Source: an uncultured Bacteroidota bacterium (GTDB lineage: Bacteria; Bacteroidota; Bacteroidia; Flavobacteriales; Flavobacteriaceae). Taken from it: a stretch of DNA of 64,000 nucleotides. The notes below the pieces were generated by a model, which was not told where the DNA came from, made no database searches, and saw only the letters and a list, made by a program, of their open reading frames with translations. The position numbers and the translations under genes were made by a program. Location: contig CACKQW010000001.1 of NCBI GenBank assembly GCA_902602415.1, positions 22,342 to 86,341 on the forward strand, written 5' to 3'. The stretch's first letter is position 1, and the number at the start of each line of letters is the position of its first letter. Shown piece by piece: positions 1 to 11,054 of this stretch.

Positions 1-15
1 GAGAAGAAATATGAA

Positions 16-243
16 TTAGAGATCATTGTTCTCTTTAAATTTTTTCAGATTCTCATTATTTAAATAGTAATCTTCAATTTTTTTATCTTTCCATCTATAG
101 TAGGAGAAAAGAGGAAAAACAATAAAAAATAATGTAATAATTCCAAAGCCAATGAATTTTTGAGAAAATGATGATTCAAAAAATAAACCATATGAGATTA
201 AAAGGATTGAAATAATGAAAAGAATAAAAATGATTTTTTTCAA
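16..243 (-). CDS. small hypothetical membrane protein (two predicted TM helices)
   Basis: 75-aa ORF starting 1 nt after the aspS stop on the same strand. Two hydrophobic stretches (IIFILFIISILLISYGLFF, FIGFGIITLFFIVFPLF). No family recognised. Confidence 0.45.
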   Translation of the reverse strand: MKKIIFILFIISILLISYGLFFESSFSQKFIGFGIITLFFIVFPLFSYYRWKDKKIEDYYLNNENLKKFKENNDL

Positions 244-244
244 T

Positions 245-1996
245 TTACTTTTTAGTAGATTTTAATTGTAATTCTTTCATTTGTTCATCAGAAATTGTGG
301 AAGGGGAGTCTATCATAATATCTCTTCCTGAATTGTTTTTTGGGAAAGCAATAAAATCTCGAATAATTTCTTGACCTCCCATTAATGCAACAATTCTATC
401 TAAACCAAATGCAATACCTCCATGTGGTGGAGCTCCATATTCAAAAGCATTCATCAAAAATCCGAACTGCTTTTCAGCTTCTTCTTTTGAAAAACCTAAA
501 CAATCAAACATTTTTTGTTGAATTTTTTTATCATGAATTCTTATTGATCCACCTCCGATTTCATTTCCGTTTAAAACCAAATCATATGCATCCGCTCTGA
601 CTGCAGAGGGATCAGAATCTATCAATTTAATATGCTCACTTTTAGGAGATGTAAATGGGTGATGCATTGCATGATATGAATTGCTTTCTTCATCCCATTC
701 AAGTAAAGGAAAATCAACTACCCATAGCGGAGTAAATAGTTCTGGATCTTTTAGGTTTAAATTGTCAGCAACATGAACTCTCAAGGCACCAAGTTGCTTC
801 CTAACATTTTCTGAATCACCACAAAGAATAAACAAAATATCTCCTGCTTTCGCATCAGAGATATTAGCCCATTGCTTTAAATCTGATTCATCATAAAACT
901 TATCTACTGAAGATTTATAAGTTCCATCATCTTGCACTCTCATATAAACCAATCCAGAAGCTCCAATTTGAGGTCTTTTCACCCAATCTGTATATTTATC
1001 TAAGTCTTTTCTGCTAAAACTATTCCCACTTTTTACAACAAAACCAACAACTAACTCAGCGCTATTGAAAATATTGAAATCTTTATGTTGAGTAACATCA
1101 TTTAATTCAATAAATTTCATTTCATATCTTAAATCAGGTTTATCAGTTCCATAATTTTTAATGGCTTCGTCATAGCTCATTCTTGGAAATTTGTCAAGAT
1201 TAATATTTTTTATGGATGAAAAAAGATGTTTAATTAATCCTTCAAAGCTGTTTAAGACATCATCTTGATTTACAAAGGACATTTCGCAATCAATTTGAGT
1301 AAACTCAGGTTGCCTATCTGCTCTAAGATCTTCATCTCTAAAGCATTTTACTATTTGAAAATATTTGTCCAAACCAGCAACCATTAATAATTGTTTAAAT
1401 GTCTGTGGAGATTGTGGTAGTGCATAAAATTCTCCACCATTCATTCTTGATGGAACTACAAAATCTCTAGCGCCTTCTGGGGTTGATTTAATTAAATAAG
1501 GCGTTTCAATTTCTAAAAACATTTTATCTGAAAGATATTTTCTTACCTCTTGGGTAATCTTGTGTCTTAAGATTAAATTGTTTTTTAAGACAGGTCTTCT
1601 GATATCTAGATATCTGTATTTCATTCTTAATTCTTCTCCACCGTCTGTTTGATCTTCAATAGTAAATGGTGGAGTTTTAGAAGAATTTAAAATGACAAGC
1701 TCTGAGACTAATACCTCAATTTCACCAGTCTTAATTTTGGGATTTTTAGAGCTTCTCTCAATAACTAATCCTTTCACGTTAATCACATATTCTCTCCCGA
1801 TTGTTTTACCTAAATCAAATATTTCATTACTAGATCTTTCTTTATCTAAAATAAGTTGTGTAATTCCATACCTATCGCGAAGGTCAATCCAAATAAAAAA
1901 TCCTTTATCTCTAACTTTTTGAACCCATCCACTTAAGCTAACTTCTTGTTCTAAGTTGGAAATTCTTAATTCACCACAATTGTGAGATCTGTACAT
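245..1996 (-). CDS. aspS: aspartate--tRNA ligase
   Basis: 583 aa. Class II aaRS motif 2 [18 protein letters not shown] and motif 3 GGIAFGLDR. Typical bacterial AspRS length and insertion domain. Confidence 0.97.
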   Translation of the reverse strand: MYRSHNCGELRISNLEQEVSLSGWVQKVRDKGFFIWIDLRDRYGITQLILDKERSSNEIFDLGKTIGREYVINVKGLVIERSSKNPKIKTGEIEVLVSELVILNSSKTPPFTIEDQTDGGEELRMKYRYLDIRRPVLKNNLILRHKITQEVRKYLSDKMFLEIETPYLIKSTPEGARDFVVPSRMNGGEFYALPQSPQTFKQLLMVAGLDKYFQIVKCFRDEDLRADRQPEFTQIDCEMSFVNQDDVLNSFEGLIKHLFSSIKNINLDKFPRMSYDEAIKNYGTDKPDLRYEMKFIELNDVTQHKDFNIFNSAELVVGFVVKSGNSFSRKDLDKYTDWVKRPQIGASGLVYMRVQDDGTYKSSVDKFYDESDLKQWANISDAKAGDILFILCGDSENVRKQLGALRVHVADNLNLKDPELFTPLWVVDFPLLEWDEESNSYHAMHHPFTSPKSEHIKLIDSDPSAVRADAYDLVLNGNEIGGGSIRIHDKKIQQKMFDCLGFSKEEAEKQFGFLMNAFEYGAPPHGGIAFGLDRIVALMGGQEIIRDFIAFPKNNSGRDIMIDSPSTISDEQMKELQLKSTKK

Positions 1997-2014
1997 ATGA
2001 AATTATATTGAAAA

Positions 2015-2022
2015 CAAATTTA
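2015..2022 (-). promoter_or_regulatory. Bacteroidota-type -7 box TAAATTTG upstream of aspS
   Basis: Exact TAnnTTTG match on the coding strand, 18 nt before the ATG. Confidence 0.45.
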
Positions 2023-2108
2023 GTAAGATAATCCTATAATTTAATTGGATATTTATTTTTTTGATTTTTATTTTTTAAAATTTTTGCTTTCCATTCTTAG
2101 ATAAGCAT

Positions 2109-2116
2109 TATTTTTG
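2109..2116 (+). promoter_or_regulatory. -7 box TATTTTTG upstream of the polyprenyl synthase gene
   Basis: Exact TAnnTTTG match. Only 4 nt separate it from the GTG start. Confidence 0.4.
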
Positions 2117-2120
2117 TCAT

Positions 2121-3095
2121 GTGTTACAAATCCAACAATATAGAGAAGAATTCGAAAAGTATTTAAATGCCTATACTCCCCCAAGAACACCTCAAAATTT
2201 ATACAAACCCGTTAGCTATTTTTTAGCTCTTGAAGGGAAGAGAATTCGGCCAATATTAACTCTGCTAAGTTGTGATTTATTTAATGGAAATTATAAAGAA
2301 TCTCTTGACGCTGCTTTAGCAGTAGAAGTATTTCATAATTTTTCTTTAGTTCATGATGACATTATGGATGAGGCTCCACTTAGAAGAGGCAATCAGACTG
2401 TTCATCAAAAATGGGATTTAAGTACAGCTATTCTGTCTGGAGATGTGATGCTAATTTTAGCTTACCAACTATTTGAAAACTATAATAAAAATATTTTTGT
2501 TGCTCTTGCAAAGCTCTTTAGTAAAACTGCAGTTGAGGTTTGTGAAGGCCAACAGTTGGACATTGATTTCTCAAAATTAAATGATATTAATTCTACTAAA
2601 TATTTAAATATGATAGAATTAAAGACTGCTGTGTTAATTGGTGCGTCAATGAAAATGGGAGCAATAGTTGCAAAAGCTAGTGATAATGAGCAGGAAAACA
2701 TTTATGAGTTTGGTAAAAATCTAGGAATTGCATTTCAAATTCAAGATGATTTTCTGGATACATTTGGAGATGAGAAAAAGTTTGGAAAAGTAATTGGCGG
2801 AGATATCATTGAAAATAAGAAAACTCTGTTATATGTCAAGTCAATGGAAATTTTTACTGAACAGGACAAAACGGAATTAATAAAATTATATTCCTCCACA
2901 CATTTGGATGAAAGTAAGAAAATTAAAGAGGTTAAAGAATTATTTTTAAAGTATAATATTCCTTCGATTATAGAAAATGAAATTAATTATTACACGCAAC
3001 TTGCATTTAAAAAACTTGATAATCTAAACATAAATGATCACAAAAAAGATTTTTTATTTGATTTTGGAAATTCTTTAATGAAAAGAAAAATATAA
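2121..3095 (+). CDS. polyprenyl diphosphate synthase (FPP/GGPP synthase family)
   Basis: 324 aa. First and second Asp-rich motifs LVHDDIMDE and IQDDFLD. GTG start called by the ORF track; no in-frame ATG nearby. Confidence 0.9.
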   Translation: MLQIQQYREEFEKYLNAYTPPRTPQNLYKPVSYFLALEGKRIRPILTLLSCDLFNGNYKESLDAALAVEVFHNFSLVHDDIMDEAPLRRGNQTVHQKWDLSTAILSGDVMLILAYQLFENYNKNIFVALAKLFSKTAVEVCEGQQLDIDFSKLNDINSTKYLNMIELKTAVLIGASMKMGAIVAKASDNEQENIYEFGKNLGIAFQIQDDFLDTFGDEKKFGKVIGGDIIENKKTLLYVKSMEIFTEQDKTELIKLYSSTHLDESKKIKEVKELFLKYNIPSIIENEINYYTQLAFKKLDNLNINDHKKDFLFDFGNSLMKRKI

Positions 3096-3097
3096 TT

Positions 3098-3105
3098 TAA
3101 CTTTG
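3098..3105 (+). promoter_or_regulatory. -7 box TAACTTTG upstream of sucA
   Basis: Exact TAnnTTTG match, 16 nt before the TTG start. Confidence 0.4.
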
Positions 3106-3121
3106 TAAAAATTACTGACCA

Positions 3122-5881
3122 TTGGATAAATTTTCTTTTTTAAATACCGCTCATGCGACTTTCTTTGCTGATTTATATGATCAGTATTTACAGGACCCTG
3201 ACTCCTTAGAGCCAAGTTGGAAAGCTTTTTTTCAAGGATATGATTTTGCAAATAGCGATTTTTTACAAAAGGAGTTAGTTGAAGGTGTAAGTCCTCAGGT
3301 GCCTGAAAAAGTTCTTAAAGAATTTAGGGTAATAAATTTAATTAATGGCTATAGAACGAGAGGTCATTTATTTACTAAAACAAACCCTGTTCGTGAAAGG
3401 AGAACATATATGCCAACTCTTGAGCTTGAAAATTTTGATTTATCTGATTCCGATTTAGAAACTGTTTTTAATGCTGGAGAAATAATTGGCCTAGGCCCTC
3501 AACCACTTAAAGTAATTATTGCTCATTTAGAGGAAATATATTGTGATAGTATTGGAGTAGAGTACATGTATATTAGAAAACCTTCAATTAACAAGTGGAT
3601 TCAAAATAAATTAAATGTCAACAACAATCATCCGAATTTTTCAAAGAGCCAGAAAGTTAAATTATTAACGAAACTAATTGAAGCAGTTTCCTTTGAAAAT
3701 TTTCTGCATACCAAATTCGTTGGTCAAAAAAGATTTTCTCTTGAGGGTGGAGAATCCCTAATTCCTGCACTAGATATATTAATAGAAGAAGCGGCAAATA
3801 ATGGGGTAGAGGAATTTGTTATGGGTATGGCACATCGGGGTAGGCTAAGCACCCTTGTAAATATTTTTGGAAAGTCTGCAGAAAGTGTTTTTAGTGAATT
3901 TGAAGGTAAAGATTACAAAGAAAAGATTTTTGATGGGGATGTGAAATATCATTTAGGTTGGACAACCCAAAGAACTACGGATAGTGGGAAAAAAATAAAT
4001 TTAAATATTGCACCTAATCCATCTCACTTAGAGGCGGTTGGTCCAATTGTCCAAGGTATTGCAAGATCAAAATTAGACAGAAAATATAACGGGAATCTGG
4101 ATAAAGTTCTTCCAATTATTGTACATGGAGATGCTGCTATTGCTGGGCAAGGTGTGGTTTATGAGTTGATTCAAATGTCTAGACTTGAGGGTTATCAGTG
4201 TGGAGGGTCAGTTCATATTGTAATAAATAATCAAATTGGTTTTACTACAAATTATCTGGATGCTAGATCTAGTACTTACTGTACTGATGTGGGTAAAGTT
4301 ACATTGTCACCTGTTTTACATGTAAATGCTGATGATGTTGAGGCTGTTGTTCATGCAGTATTATTTGCTTTAGATTTTAGATTAGAGTTTAAAAGAGATG
4401 TTTTCATCGATTTGCTTGGTTATCGAAAATATGGTCATAATGAAGGAGATGAACCTAGATTTACACAACCAAAACTTTATAAAATAATCTCAAAGCACCC
4501 TAATCCAAAAACAATTTATGTATCAAAATTAATTCAAGAAAATTTACTAACTGAAGAAAAAGTCAATCTCATTGAAGAAGAATATAAATTAAAATTAGAG
4601 GGTTTGTTAAAGGACTCTAAAAAAACTGAAAAAACTGATATAACCCATTTTATGGGAAATGATTGGTCAGATTTTACTAGGGTAAATCAACATGAAATGG
4701 CTAAACCCATTGATACTACTTTTCCCAGAATAAAACTTGAAAAGATAGCTGAGGTGATTTCCAAATTACCAAATGAAAAAAAATTCATTAATAAAATTAA
4801 AAGGTTAGTTGGTAACAGAATTGAAATGTTTGAAAATGACAAGCTAGATTGGTCTATGGCTGAACATCTAGCGTATGGAAGCTTACTGATGGAAGGATAT
4901 GATGTGAGAATCTCTGGTCAAGATGTCGAAAGGGGAACATTTTCTCATCGGCACGCAATTGTAAAAGTTGAAGAAAGTGAAGAAGAAATTTTACTTTTAA
5001 ATAATCTTGGTGACAATACAGGAAACTTTTCAATTTATAACTCGTTGTTGTCTGAGTATGGAGTTTTAGGGTTTGAGTTTGGTTATGCAATGGCTAATCC
5101 AAATTCATTAACAATCTGGGAAGCACAATTCGGAGATTTTAGTAATGGAGCGCAAATAGTAATTGATCAATATATTTCATCTGGTGAAGACAAATGGAAG
5201 ACCCAGAACGGACTTGTCCTGTTTTTACCACATGGATACGAGGGTCAAGGAGCAGAGCACTCCTCTGCAAGAATAGAAAGGTATTTACAATTATGCGCGA
5301 AAGATAATTTATTTGTTGTGAATTGTACAACACCTGCAAATATGTTTCATGTTTTAAGACGTCAAATGAAGGCAAAGTTCAGAAAGCCGTTAATAGCATT
5401 TACCCCAAAAAGTTTGTTAAGGCACAGTAGTGTTTTTTCTTCTGTAAGTGAATTTACAAATGGTAGTTTTAGTGAAATAATTGATGATGAGTCTGTTGAT
5501 GCAAATAATGTTAACTCTCTTGTTTTTGTTTCAGGAAAGTTCTACTACGATTTAGATGAGGAGAGAAAGCGACTTGGAAGAAATGATATTGCTCTTGTCA
5601 GATTAGAGCAACTATTTCCGCTTCCTAAAAATCATATTAAATCTATTTTGAGAAAATACAGCAACGCAAAAGATATTGTTTGGGCACAAGAAGAGCCAAT
5701 AAACATGGGAGCATATGCACATTTACTAATAAATTTTAAGCAGGCTAATACATTCAGAGTTGCAGCCAGAAGATTTTATGCAGCAACAGCAGCTGGAAGT
5801 TCAGTAAGATTTATGAAAAGACACAAAGAAGTTATTGATTTTGTTTTTGATCAAAGAAAAGATAATCAGACAAAGAATTAG
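3122..5881 (+). CDS. sucA: 2-oxoglutarate dehydrogenase E1 component
   Basis: 919 aa. N-terminus MDKFSFLNTAHATFFADLYDQY typical of SucA. ThDP-binding region HGDAAIAGQGVVYE. TTG start. Confidence 0.95.
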   Translation: MDKFSFLNTAHATFFADLYDQYLQDPDSLEPSWKAFFQGYDFANSDFLQKELVEGVSPQVPEKVLKEFRVINLINGYRTRGHLFTKTNPVRERRTYMPTLELENFDLSDSDLETVFNAGEIIGLGPQPLKVIIAHLEEIYCDSIGVEYMYIRKPSINKWIQNKLNVNNNHPNFSKSQKVKLLTKLIEAVSFENFLHTKFVGQKRFSLEGGESLIPALDILIEEAANNGVEEFVMGMAHRGRLSTLVNIFGKSAESVFSEFEGKDYKEKIFDGDVKYHLGWTTQRTTDSGKKINLNIAPNPSHLEAVGPIVQGIARSKLDRKYNGNLDKVLPIIVHGDAAIAGQGVVYELIQMSRLEGYQCGGSVHIVINNQIGFTTNYLDARSSTYCTDVGKVTLSPVLHVNADDVEAVVHAVLFALDFRLEFKRDVFIDLLGYRKYGHNEGDEPRFTQPKLYKIISKHPNPKTIYVSKLIQENLLTEEKVNLIEEEYKLKLEGLLKDSKKTEKTDITHFMGNDWSDFTRVNQHEMAKPIDTTFPRIKLEKIAEVISKLPNEKKFINKIKRLVGNRIEMFENDKLDWSMAEHLAYGSLLMEGYDVRISGQDVERGTFSHRHAIVKVEESEEEILLLNNLGDNTGNFSIYNSLLSEYGVLGFEFGYAMANPNSLTIWEAQFGDFSNGAQIVIDQYISSGEDKWKTQNGLVLFLPHGYEGQGAEHSSARIERYLQLCAKDNLFVVNCTTPANMFHVLRRQMKAKFRKPLIAFTPKSLLRHSSVFSSVSEFTNGSFSEIIDDESVDANNVNSLVFVSGKFYYDLDEERKRLGRNDIALVRLEQLFPLPKNHIKSILRKYSNAKDIVWAQEEPINMGAYAHLLINFKQANTFRVAARRFYAATAAGSSVRFMKRHKEVIDFVFDQRKDNQTKN

Positions 5882-8754
5882 TCACTAAAAATATCTGATT
5901 TTTTTACTTTTTTAATAGTCCCAAAGTTCTCTAGTTTTTTCATATCAACTTTATCAATATCTCCATAAATTGCCATTACAATGGGCCTATTTTTTATTTC
6001 AGCTTCATAAAAATTAATGATATCCTGAAATTCGAGTTCATCGATTCGACTTAGAACAAATTTATTTGGATCCATAACAAATCCACTTGTTTTCCAAGTT
6101 TCTACAGTTCCCAATATATTCCTAAAATTTGGTTTTGAGGTTTTTGAAGTTTCTGAAATATATGAGACAATTGATTCAAATCTTTCACTTTTTTCTGGAA
6201 GACTGTAAATTAAACTAAGCATTGTTTCTATTGCTTCATCAGTTTTATCAGATTGGCAGCCAATGTAAGCTTGAAACAAATTATTTTTACCCTCTAAAGG
6301 AGATAACGCATAATCCGCAAAAGTAGCATAGGCTAATGATCTAAATTCTCTGATTTCCTGAAAAACAATTCCTGACATTCCATTTCCAAAATAATTATTA
6401 AATGCCATTATAACGGGTACATCTTTATTGTCTCTTGCACTGCCCTCAATTCCAAAAACAATATGATTTTGAACAGCATTTTTATCATCTAATAAATAAA
6501 CAATATTTGATTTGTTTACTATTCTATCATGAACAATTTTATGAGTTTTTTCTTTTAAAATATCATCAGTCACAAAAAATTCATTAATCACATGAATTAA
6601 TTTCTCATCATTGTAGTTCCCCGTATAGTAAATGGATTTTTCATAATCTTTAATCAAAGAATATTTTTTTTCAAGTTTAGAAGCTTTAAACTTTTTCATT
6701 TGTTTTTTTGTGAGCTGCTTTAATTTTGGAGATTTTTCACCAAGTAATGCATACTCAGCCAGGGATTGAGCCATAAACATTGCATTATCTCTGTTAAGTT
6801 TTTTTTGACTTGTAATTTCAGATATAACTTGTTTGATTTTATCGTCTTCAAATTTTAATTCGTTTATTAGCAACATGCTGAGTTTTAAAATTTCTTCAAC
6901 ATGTTTCTCAACTCCAGTGACATGTAAACTACAATATTCAAGACCACCACTGAAATAATATGTAGCCCCAAATTTATGAAACTCTTCCTTAAGTTTTGTA
7001 ACAGCCATTTCCTTAGTCCCAAGTAGTGAAAGATAATTACCCAAAAAACTTATCTCCGGAATGTCTTCAGTTCCTACACCAAATTTAATTTCAAAATCAA
7101 AAATTTCATTAAAGGGATTTGCGGTTTTATAAAGTGTAATTTTATCATCAATTTTTATTTCTTTAATGTCTGTGTCAAAATCAACAAATTTTTCCTTAGA
7201 TTTTGTACTTGGGATCTCATTGAATTCTTTTGCATAATTAGAGCTAACATTATTTTTTGGAATGATAGGGGTATAACCAGGTTTTGTAAGTTTTGTTTTT
7301 TTTGGAGATCCCATTCTTGAATTAAAACACAAATAATTATTTCCAAAATATTTATTGGAGACTTTTACCACCTCCTCTTTATCAATTTGCATAAGAGTAC
7401 CATAGTAATTATTGTAATATTCATCCCAATTTTTGCCTAGCATAAAAGCATTTACCATTTCCAAAGCTCTATTTTGATTATTTTCCCATTGTAATGAGAA
7501 TTCTTTGAGTTTATTAATCTTTATCGCATCCAGAAATTCTTCGCTAAATTCACCGTTTTTAAGTTTTGAAATTTCATCTAAGACAATATTTTCAGCACTT
7601 TGCAATTTTTGGCCAATTAACTTTGGAATAAAAAGAACTATAGAAGCACCATAATCATTGAAGGATAAATCAATTGCTTGTGCTGCCATTAGCTTATCAT
7701 TATCTCTTAGTTTATCAAAAAATCCGGTTTCTTCATAATTACTCAAAATTTGCATTGCAAGATCAAAGGCAATTTTTTCTTCACTACCACTGCTAGGAGT
7801 TCTATATACTAAGCCACCTAATTTTATAGGAGTCATTTTATATTCTAGAAATTCCCTTTGCTCAAAATCATCTTCTACATAATTTGCCAATTTTGGAACT
7901 TTTCCCGATTTAATCCTCCCAAATTTTTCTTTGATTAGTGGCAAGATTGATTCTGTATCAAAATTACCAGCCAACGATAGTACCATATTATTTGCTACAT
8001 AATAATCATTGAAAAATTGATACATTTTTTTTAAAGATGGATTTTTAAGATGTTCAACGCTTCCAAGAATACTTTGTTGACCATAAGGATGATTCTTATA
8101 AATATTTTTAAGAACAGCTTCAAATAACAAATTAATATTGTCATCCATCGAAATATTTTTTTCTTCATACACCGTTTCCAGCTCTGATTGAAATAGTCTG
8201 AATACAGGATTTAAAAATCTATGACTATATATTTCTAACCACTTTTCTATTTGGCTAGAAGGAAAAGAATTATGATATGCAGTAAAATCAGGTGTGGTAA
8301 AAGCATTTACGTCGGTTCCTCCCATTTGAGAAAGTAACCTGTCAAACTCATTTGGAATCGCATAATCTCCAGCTTTAACAGATAATTTATTTATTTCTGA
8401 TTGAATATTATTTCTTGTTATTTCATCACTAGCGATAGATAAGTCTTCATATAATAATGCAATGCTGTCCAAAAGAATTTTTTCTTTTTCATAATTATTC
8501 GTTCCAAGTTTGTCAGTACCCTTAAATAGTACATGTTCTAAATAATGTGCAATTCCGGTGGCATCTGCTGGATCATTTTTTCCACCTGCACGTACAGCAA
8601 CTACTCCGAAAATATTTGAAGACTCACTGTTTTCAGTTAACATAACTTTTAACCCATTCTCCAAAGTAAGCTCTGTAACTTTAAATGATTTTTCCTGTGA
8701 AAAAGCAAAACAAAAGCTAAATATTAGAATATAAAATTTTAGTAAATTTTTCAT
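5878..8754 (-). CDS. secreted M16 family (pitrilysin-like) zinc peptidase, tandem double M16 unit
   Basis: 958 aa. N-terminal signal peptide. Inverted zinc motif HxxEH present as HYLEH in the first half. Length fits two fused M16 active/inactive pairs. Confidence 0.88.
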   Translation of the reverse strand: MKNLLKFYILIFSFCFAFSQEKSFKVTELTLENGLKVMLTENSESSNIFGVVAVRAGGKNDPADATGIAHYLEHVLFKGTDKLGTNNYEKEKILLDSIALLYEDLSIASDEITRNNIQSEINKLSVKAGDYAIPNEFDRLLSQMGGTDVNAFTTPDFTAYHNSFPSSQIEKWLEIYSHRFLNPVFRLFQSELETVYEEKNISMDDNINLLFEAVLKNIYKNHPYGQQSILGSVEHLKNPSLKKMYQFFNDYYVANNMVLSLAGNFDTESILPLIKEKFGRIKSGKVPKLANYVEDDFEQREFLEYKMTPIKLGGLVYRTPSSGSEEKIAFDLAMQILSNYEETGFFDKLRDNDKLMAAQAIDLSFNDYGASIVLFIPKLIGQKLQSAENIVLDEISKLKNGEFSEEFLDAIKINKLKEFSLQWENNQNRALEMVNAFMLGKNWDEYYNNYYGTLMQIDKEEVVKVSNKYFGNNYLCFNSRMGSPKKTKLTKPGYTPIIPKNNVSSNYAKEFNEIPSTKSKEKFVDFDTDIKEIKIDDKITLYKTANPFNEIFDFEIKFGVGTEDIPEISFLGNYLSLLGTKEMAVTKLKEEFHKFGATYYFSGGLEYCSLHVTGVEKHVEEILKLSMLLINELKFEDDKIKQVISEITSQKKLNRDNAMFMAQSLAEYALLGEKSPKLKQLTKKQMKKFKASKLEKKYSLIKDYEKSIYYTGNYNDEKLIHVINEFFVTDDILKEKTHKIVHDRIVNKSNIVYLLDDKNAVQNHIVFGIEGSARDNKDVPVIMAFNNYFGNGMSGIVFQEIREFRSLAYATFADYALSPLEGKNNLFQAYIGCQSDKTDEAIETMLSLIYSLPEKSERFESIVSYISETSKTSKPNFRNILGTVETWKTSGFVMDPNKFVLSRIDELEFQDIINFYEAEIKNRPIVMAIYGDIDKVDMKKLENFGTIKKVKKSDIFSD

Positions 8755-8825
8755 ATTAATTTTTTAAATTTTAGTGATTTCAGAAATAATGTTATAAATA
8801 TAATACATATTTAAATGAGCAATAT

Positions 8826-8833
8826 TATCTTTG
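8826..8833 (+). promoter_or_regulatory. -7 box TATCTTTG upstream of sucB
   Basis: Exact TAnnTTTG match, 34 nt before the TTG start (46 nt before the ATG at 8880). Confidence 0.45.
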
Positions 8834-8867
8834 AAAAAGTTATTAATTCTTATAAAAATTAATTGTC

Positions 8868-10085
8868 TTGGTAATCGAAATGAAAATACCATCGCCTGGT
8901 GAGTCAATTACTGAAGTTGAGATTGCAAGTTGGCTAGTATCAGAAGGTGAGTTTGTAAAAAAGGACCAGATTATTGCTGAAATTGATAGTGATAAGGCAA
9001 CCTTGGAGCTTCCTGCTGAAGAATCAGGGGTAATTTCTCTTGCTGCTGAAGAGGGTGATGTAGTTAAGGTAGGTCAAGTTGTTTGCAAGATTGATGTTTC
9101 TGCAAAAGAAACCATTCAAAGCGATGAATCTGCTCAAAAATCTAATTTAGCTGATGAAGTTAAATCTACGGTTCATAATACCCCTGAAAAGACAAAAAAA
9201 GTGATTTCCAAAGACCCTGTAGTTAGTCCGGCAGCAAGAAAAATAGCTATTGAAAGAAATATTGATATTAATAGTATAGCTCCTACAGGAAAAGGTGGAA
9301 GAATAACAAAACAAGATATTCTGCTCGGAAAACCAGCTATGGGTTCTGTAAACCAAAAAGATCGCCCTCAGAGTAGACAAAAGCTTTCGATGTTAAGAAG
9401 AAAAGTTGCGGAAAGACTTGTTAGTGTGAAAAATGAGACGGCAATGTTAACCACTTTTAACGAGGTTGATATGTCCAGTATATTTGATTTAAGAAAAAAA
9501 TACAAAGAAAAATTTAAGAATAAGCATGGAGTAAATTTGGGGTTTATGTCTTTTTTCACTCTTGCTAGTGTTAGAGCCCTCAAAGAATTTCCTGCTGTTA
9601 ATTCAATGATTGATAATCAAGAAATGATTTCCTATGATTATTGTGATATAAGTATCGCTGTTTCTGGCCCCAAGGGATTAATGGTTCCAGTAATCAGAAA
9701 TGCCGAAAAGATGTCATTCAAAGATGTTGAGATGGAGGTAAAAAAGTTAGCCGAGAAGGCTAGAGATGGTAAGATTTCAGTTGACGAAATGACAGGTGGT
9801 ACATTCACGATCTCTAACGGTGGTGTTTTTGGGAGCATGCTGTCAACACCAATAATAAACCCACCACAAAGTGCTATTTTAGGAATGCACAATATTGTTG
9901 AAAGGCCAATGGCAATAAACGGAAAAGTTGAGATTAGGCCAGTTATGTATTTAGCCCTTTCATATGATCATAGAATTATTGATGGCAGAGAGAGTGTTGG
10001 ATTCTTAGTTCACATCAAGGAGGCACTTGAAAACCCAATTGAGATTTTAATGAATAATAAAATCAAAGATTCACTTGAAATCTAA
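8868..10085 (+). CDS. sucB: dihydrolipoyllysine-residue succinyltransferase (2-oxoglutarate dehydrogenase E2)
   Basis: 405 aa. Lipoyl domain with [11 protein letters not shown]3-binding segment, catalytic [12 protein letters not shown] start at 8868 ([19 protein letters not shown]); an ATG at 8880 is an alternative start. Confidence 0.95.
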   Translation: MVIEMKIPSPGESITEVEIASWLVSEGEFVKKDQIIAEIDSDKATLELPAEESGVISLAAEEGDVVKVGQVVCKIDVSAKETIQSDESAQKSNLADEVKSTVHNTPEKTKKVISKDPVVSPAARKIAIERNIDINSIAPTGKGGRITKQDILLGKPAMGSVNQKDRPQSRQKLSMLRRKVAERLVSVKNETAMLTTFNEVDMSSIFDLRKKYKEKFKNKHGVNLGFMSFFTLASVRALKEFPAVNSMIDNQEMISYDYCDISIAVSGPKGLMVPVIRNAEKMSFKDVEMEVKKLAEKARDGKISVDEMTGGTFTISNGGVFGSMLSTPIINPPQSAILGMHNIVERPMAINGKVEIRPVMYLALSYDHRIIDGRESVGFLVHIKEALENPIEILMNNKIKDSLEI

Positions 10086-10093
10086 TCATAAAG

Positions 10094-10858
10094 ATGGTTT
10101 TAACCGATACACACACTCATCTTTACTTAGAAGAATTTAGCGAGGATTTAAATGAAGTTGTAAACAGAGCTTTTGCAAAAAAAGTGACTAGACTTTTCTT
10201 ACCATCGATATGTTATAAACATTATAAATCTATGCTTAATTTAAAAAATAAATTCCCTAACAATATTTTTTTAATGTCAGGACTTCACCCTTGTTATGTA
10301 AATGAAAACTATGAATTCGAATTAGATCATGTCAAAATGTTTATAAACAAAAATGATGTTGTTGCCGTGGGAGAAATTGGGATAGATTTACACTGGAAAA
10401 AAGATAATTTAGATTTACAGATTAATATTTTCAAAGAACAAATAGATATTGCTAACAAATATAATTTACCGGTTGTAATACACTGCAGAGAGTCTTTGAG
10501 TGAAATTTTGAAGGTATTAAAGGATAAAAAAGTTAATTGTGGAGGAGTATTTCACTGTTTTACTGGAAATATTAAGGATGCAGAACAAATTATTGATTTA
10601 GGATTCAAATTAGGAATTGGCGGGGTTGTAACATTTAAAAATGGGAAAATTGACAAGTTTTTAAATCAAATTGATATAAAGAATATTGTTTTGGAAACGG
10701 ATTCCCCTTATTTATCACCAACTCCTCACAGGGGTAAAAGGAATGAAAGTTCTTTTACAGATTTAATATGTAAAAAAATTTCAGAAATATATCAGTTGTC
10801 ATATGCTGAAGTAGCACAAATCACTACTCAAAATTCAATTGAAATATTTAAAATCTAA
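10094..10858 (+). CDS. TatD family metal-dependent hydrolase/DNase
   Basis: 254 aa. Motifs DTHTHL, EIGIDL, HCFTG, ETDSPYL. Confidence 0.9.
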   Translation: MVLTDTHTHLYLEEFSEDLNEVVNRAFAKKVTRLFLPSICYKHYKSMLNLKNKFPNNIFLMSGLHPCYVNENYEFELDHVKMFINKNDVVAVGEIGIDLHWKKDNLDLQINIFKEQIDIANKYNLPVVIHCRESLSEILKVLKDKKVNCGGVFHCFTGNIKDAEQIIDLGFKLGIGGVVTFKNGKIDKFLNQIDIKNIVLETDSPYLSPTPHRGKRNESSFTDLICKKISEIYQLSYAEVAQITTQNSIEIFKI

Positions 10859-10900
10859 TTTTTACAATCTAATTTTTTTCATTTTATTTGCTCAAATTTT

Positions 10901-10988
10901 AGAGAGGTGGCCGAGCGGTCGAAGGCGCACGCCTGGAAAGTGTGTATACACCAAAAGTGTATCGAGGGTTCGAATCCCTTCCTCTCTG
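10901..10988 (+). tRNA. tRNA-Ser (anticodon GGA), long variable arm
   Basis: Hand-folded cloverleaf. Acceptor AGAGAGG/CCTCTCT; D stem GCC/GGC; anticodon stem CACGC/GTGTG with loop CTGGAAA (GGA at 10935-10937); long variable arm TATACAC..GTGTAT; T loop TTCGAAT; discriminator G. No encoded CCA. Confidence 0.9.
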
Positions 10989-11054
10989 CTGAATATGTTA
11001 TTTGTGTGATAAAATTTCATATATTTAACACGCTAAAAATAAAAAAACAAAATA

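Noticed and set aside
10870-10900. Promoter box upstream of tRNA-Ser (TTTATTTG)
   Set aside because: It has one mismatch to TAnnTTTG (T instead of A at position 2). It is not reported as a feature, although a weak promoter is possible.
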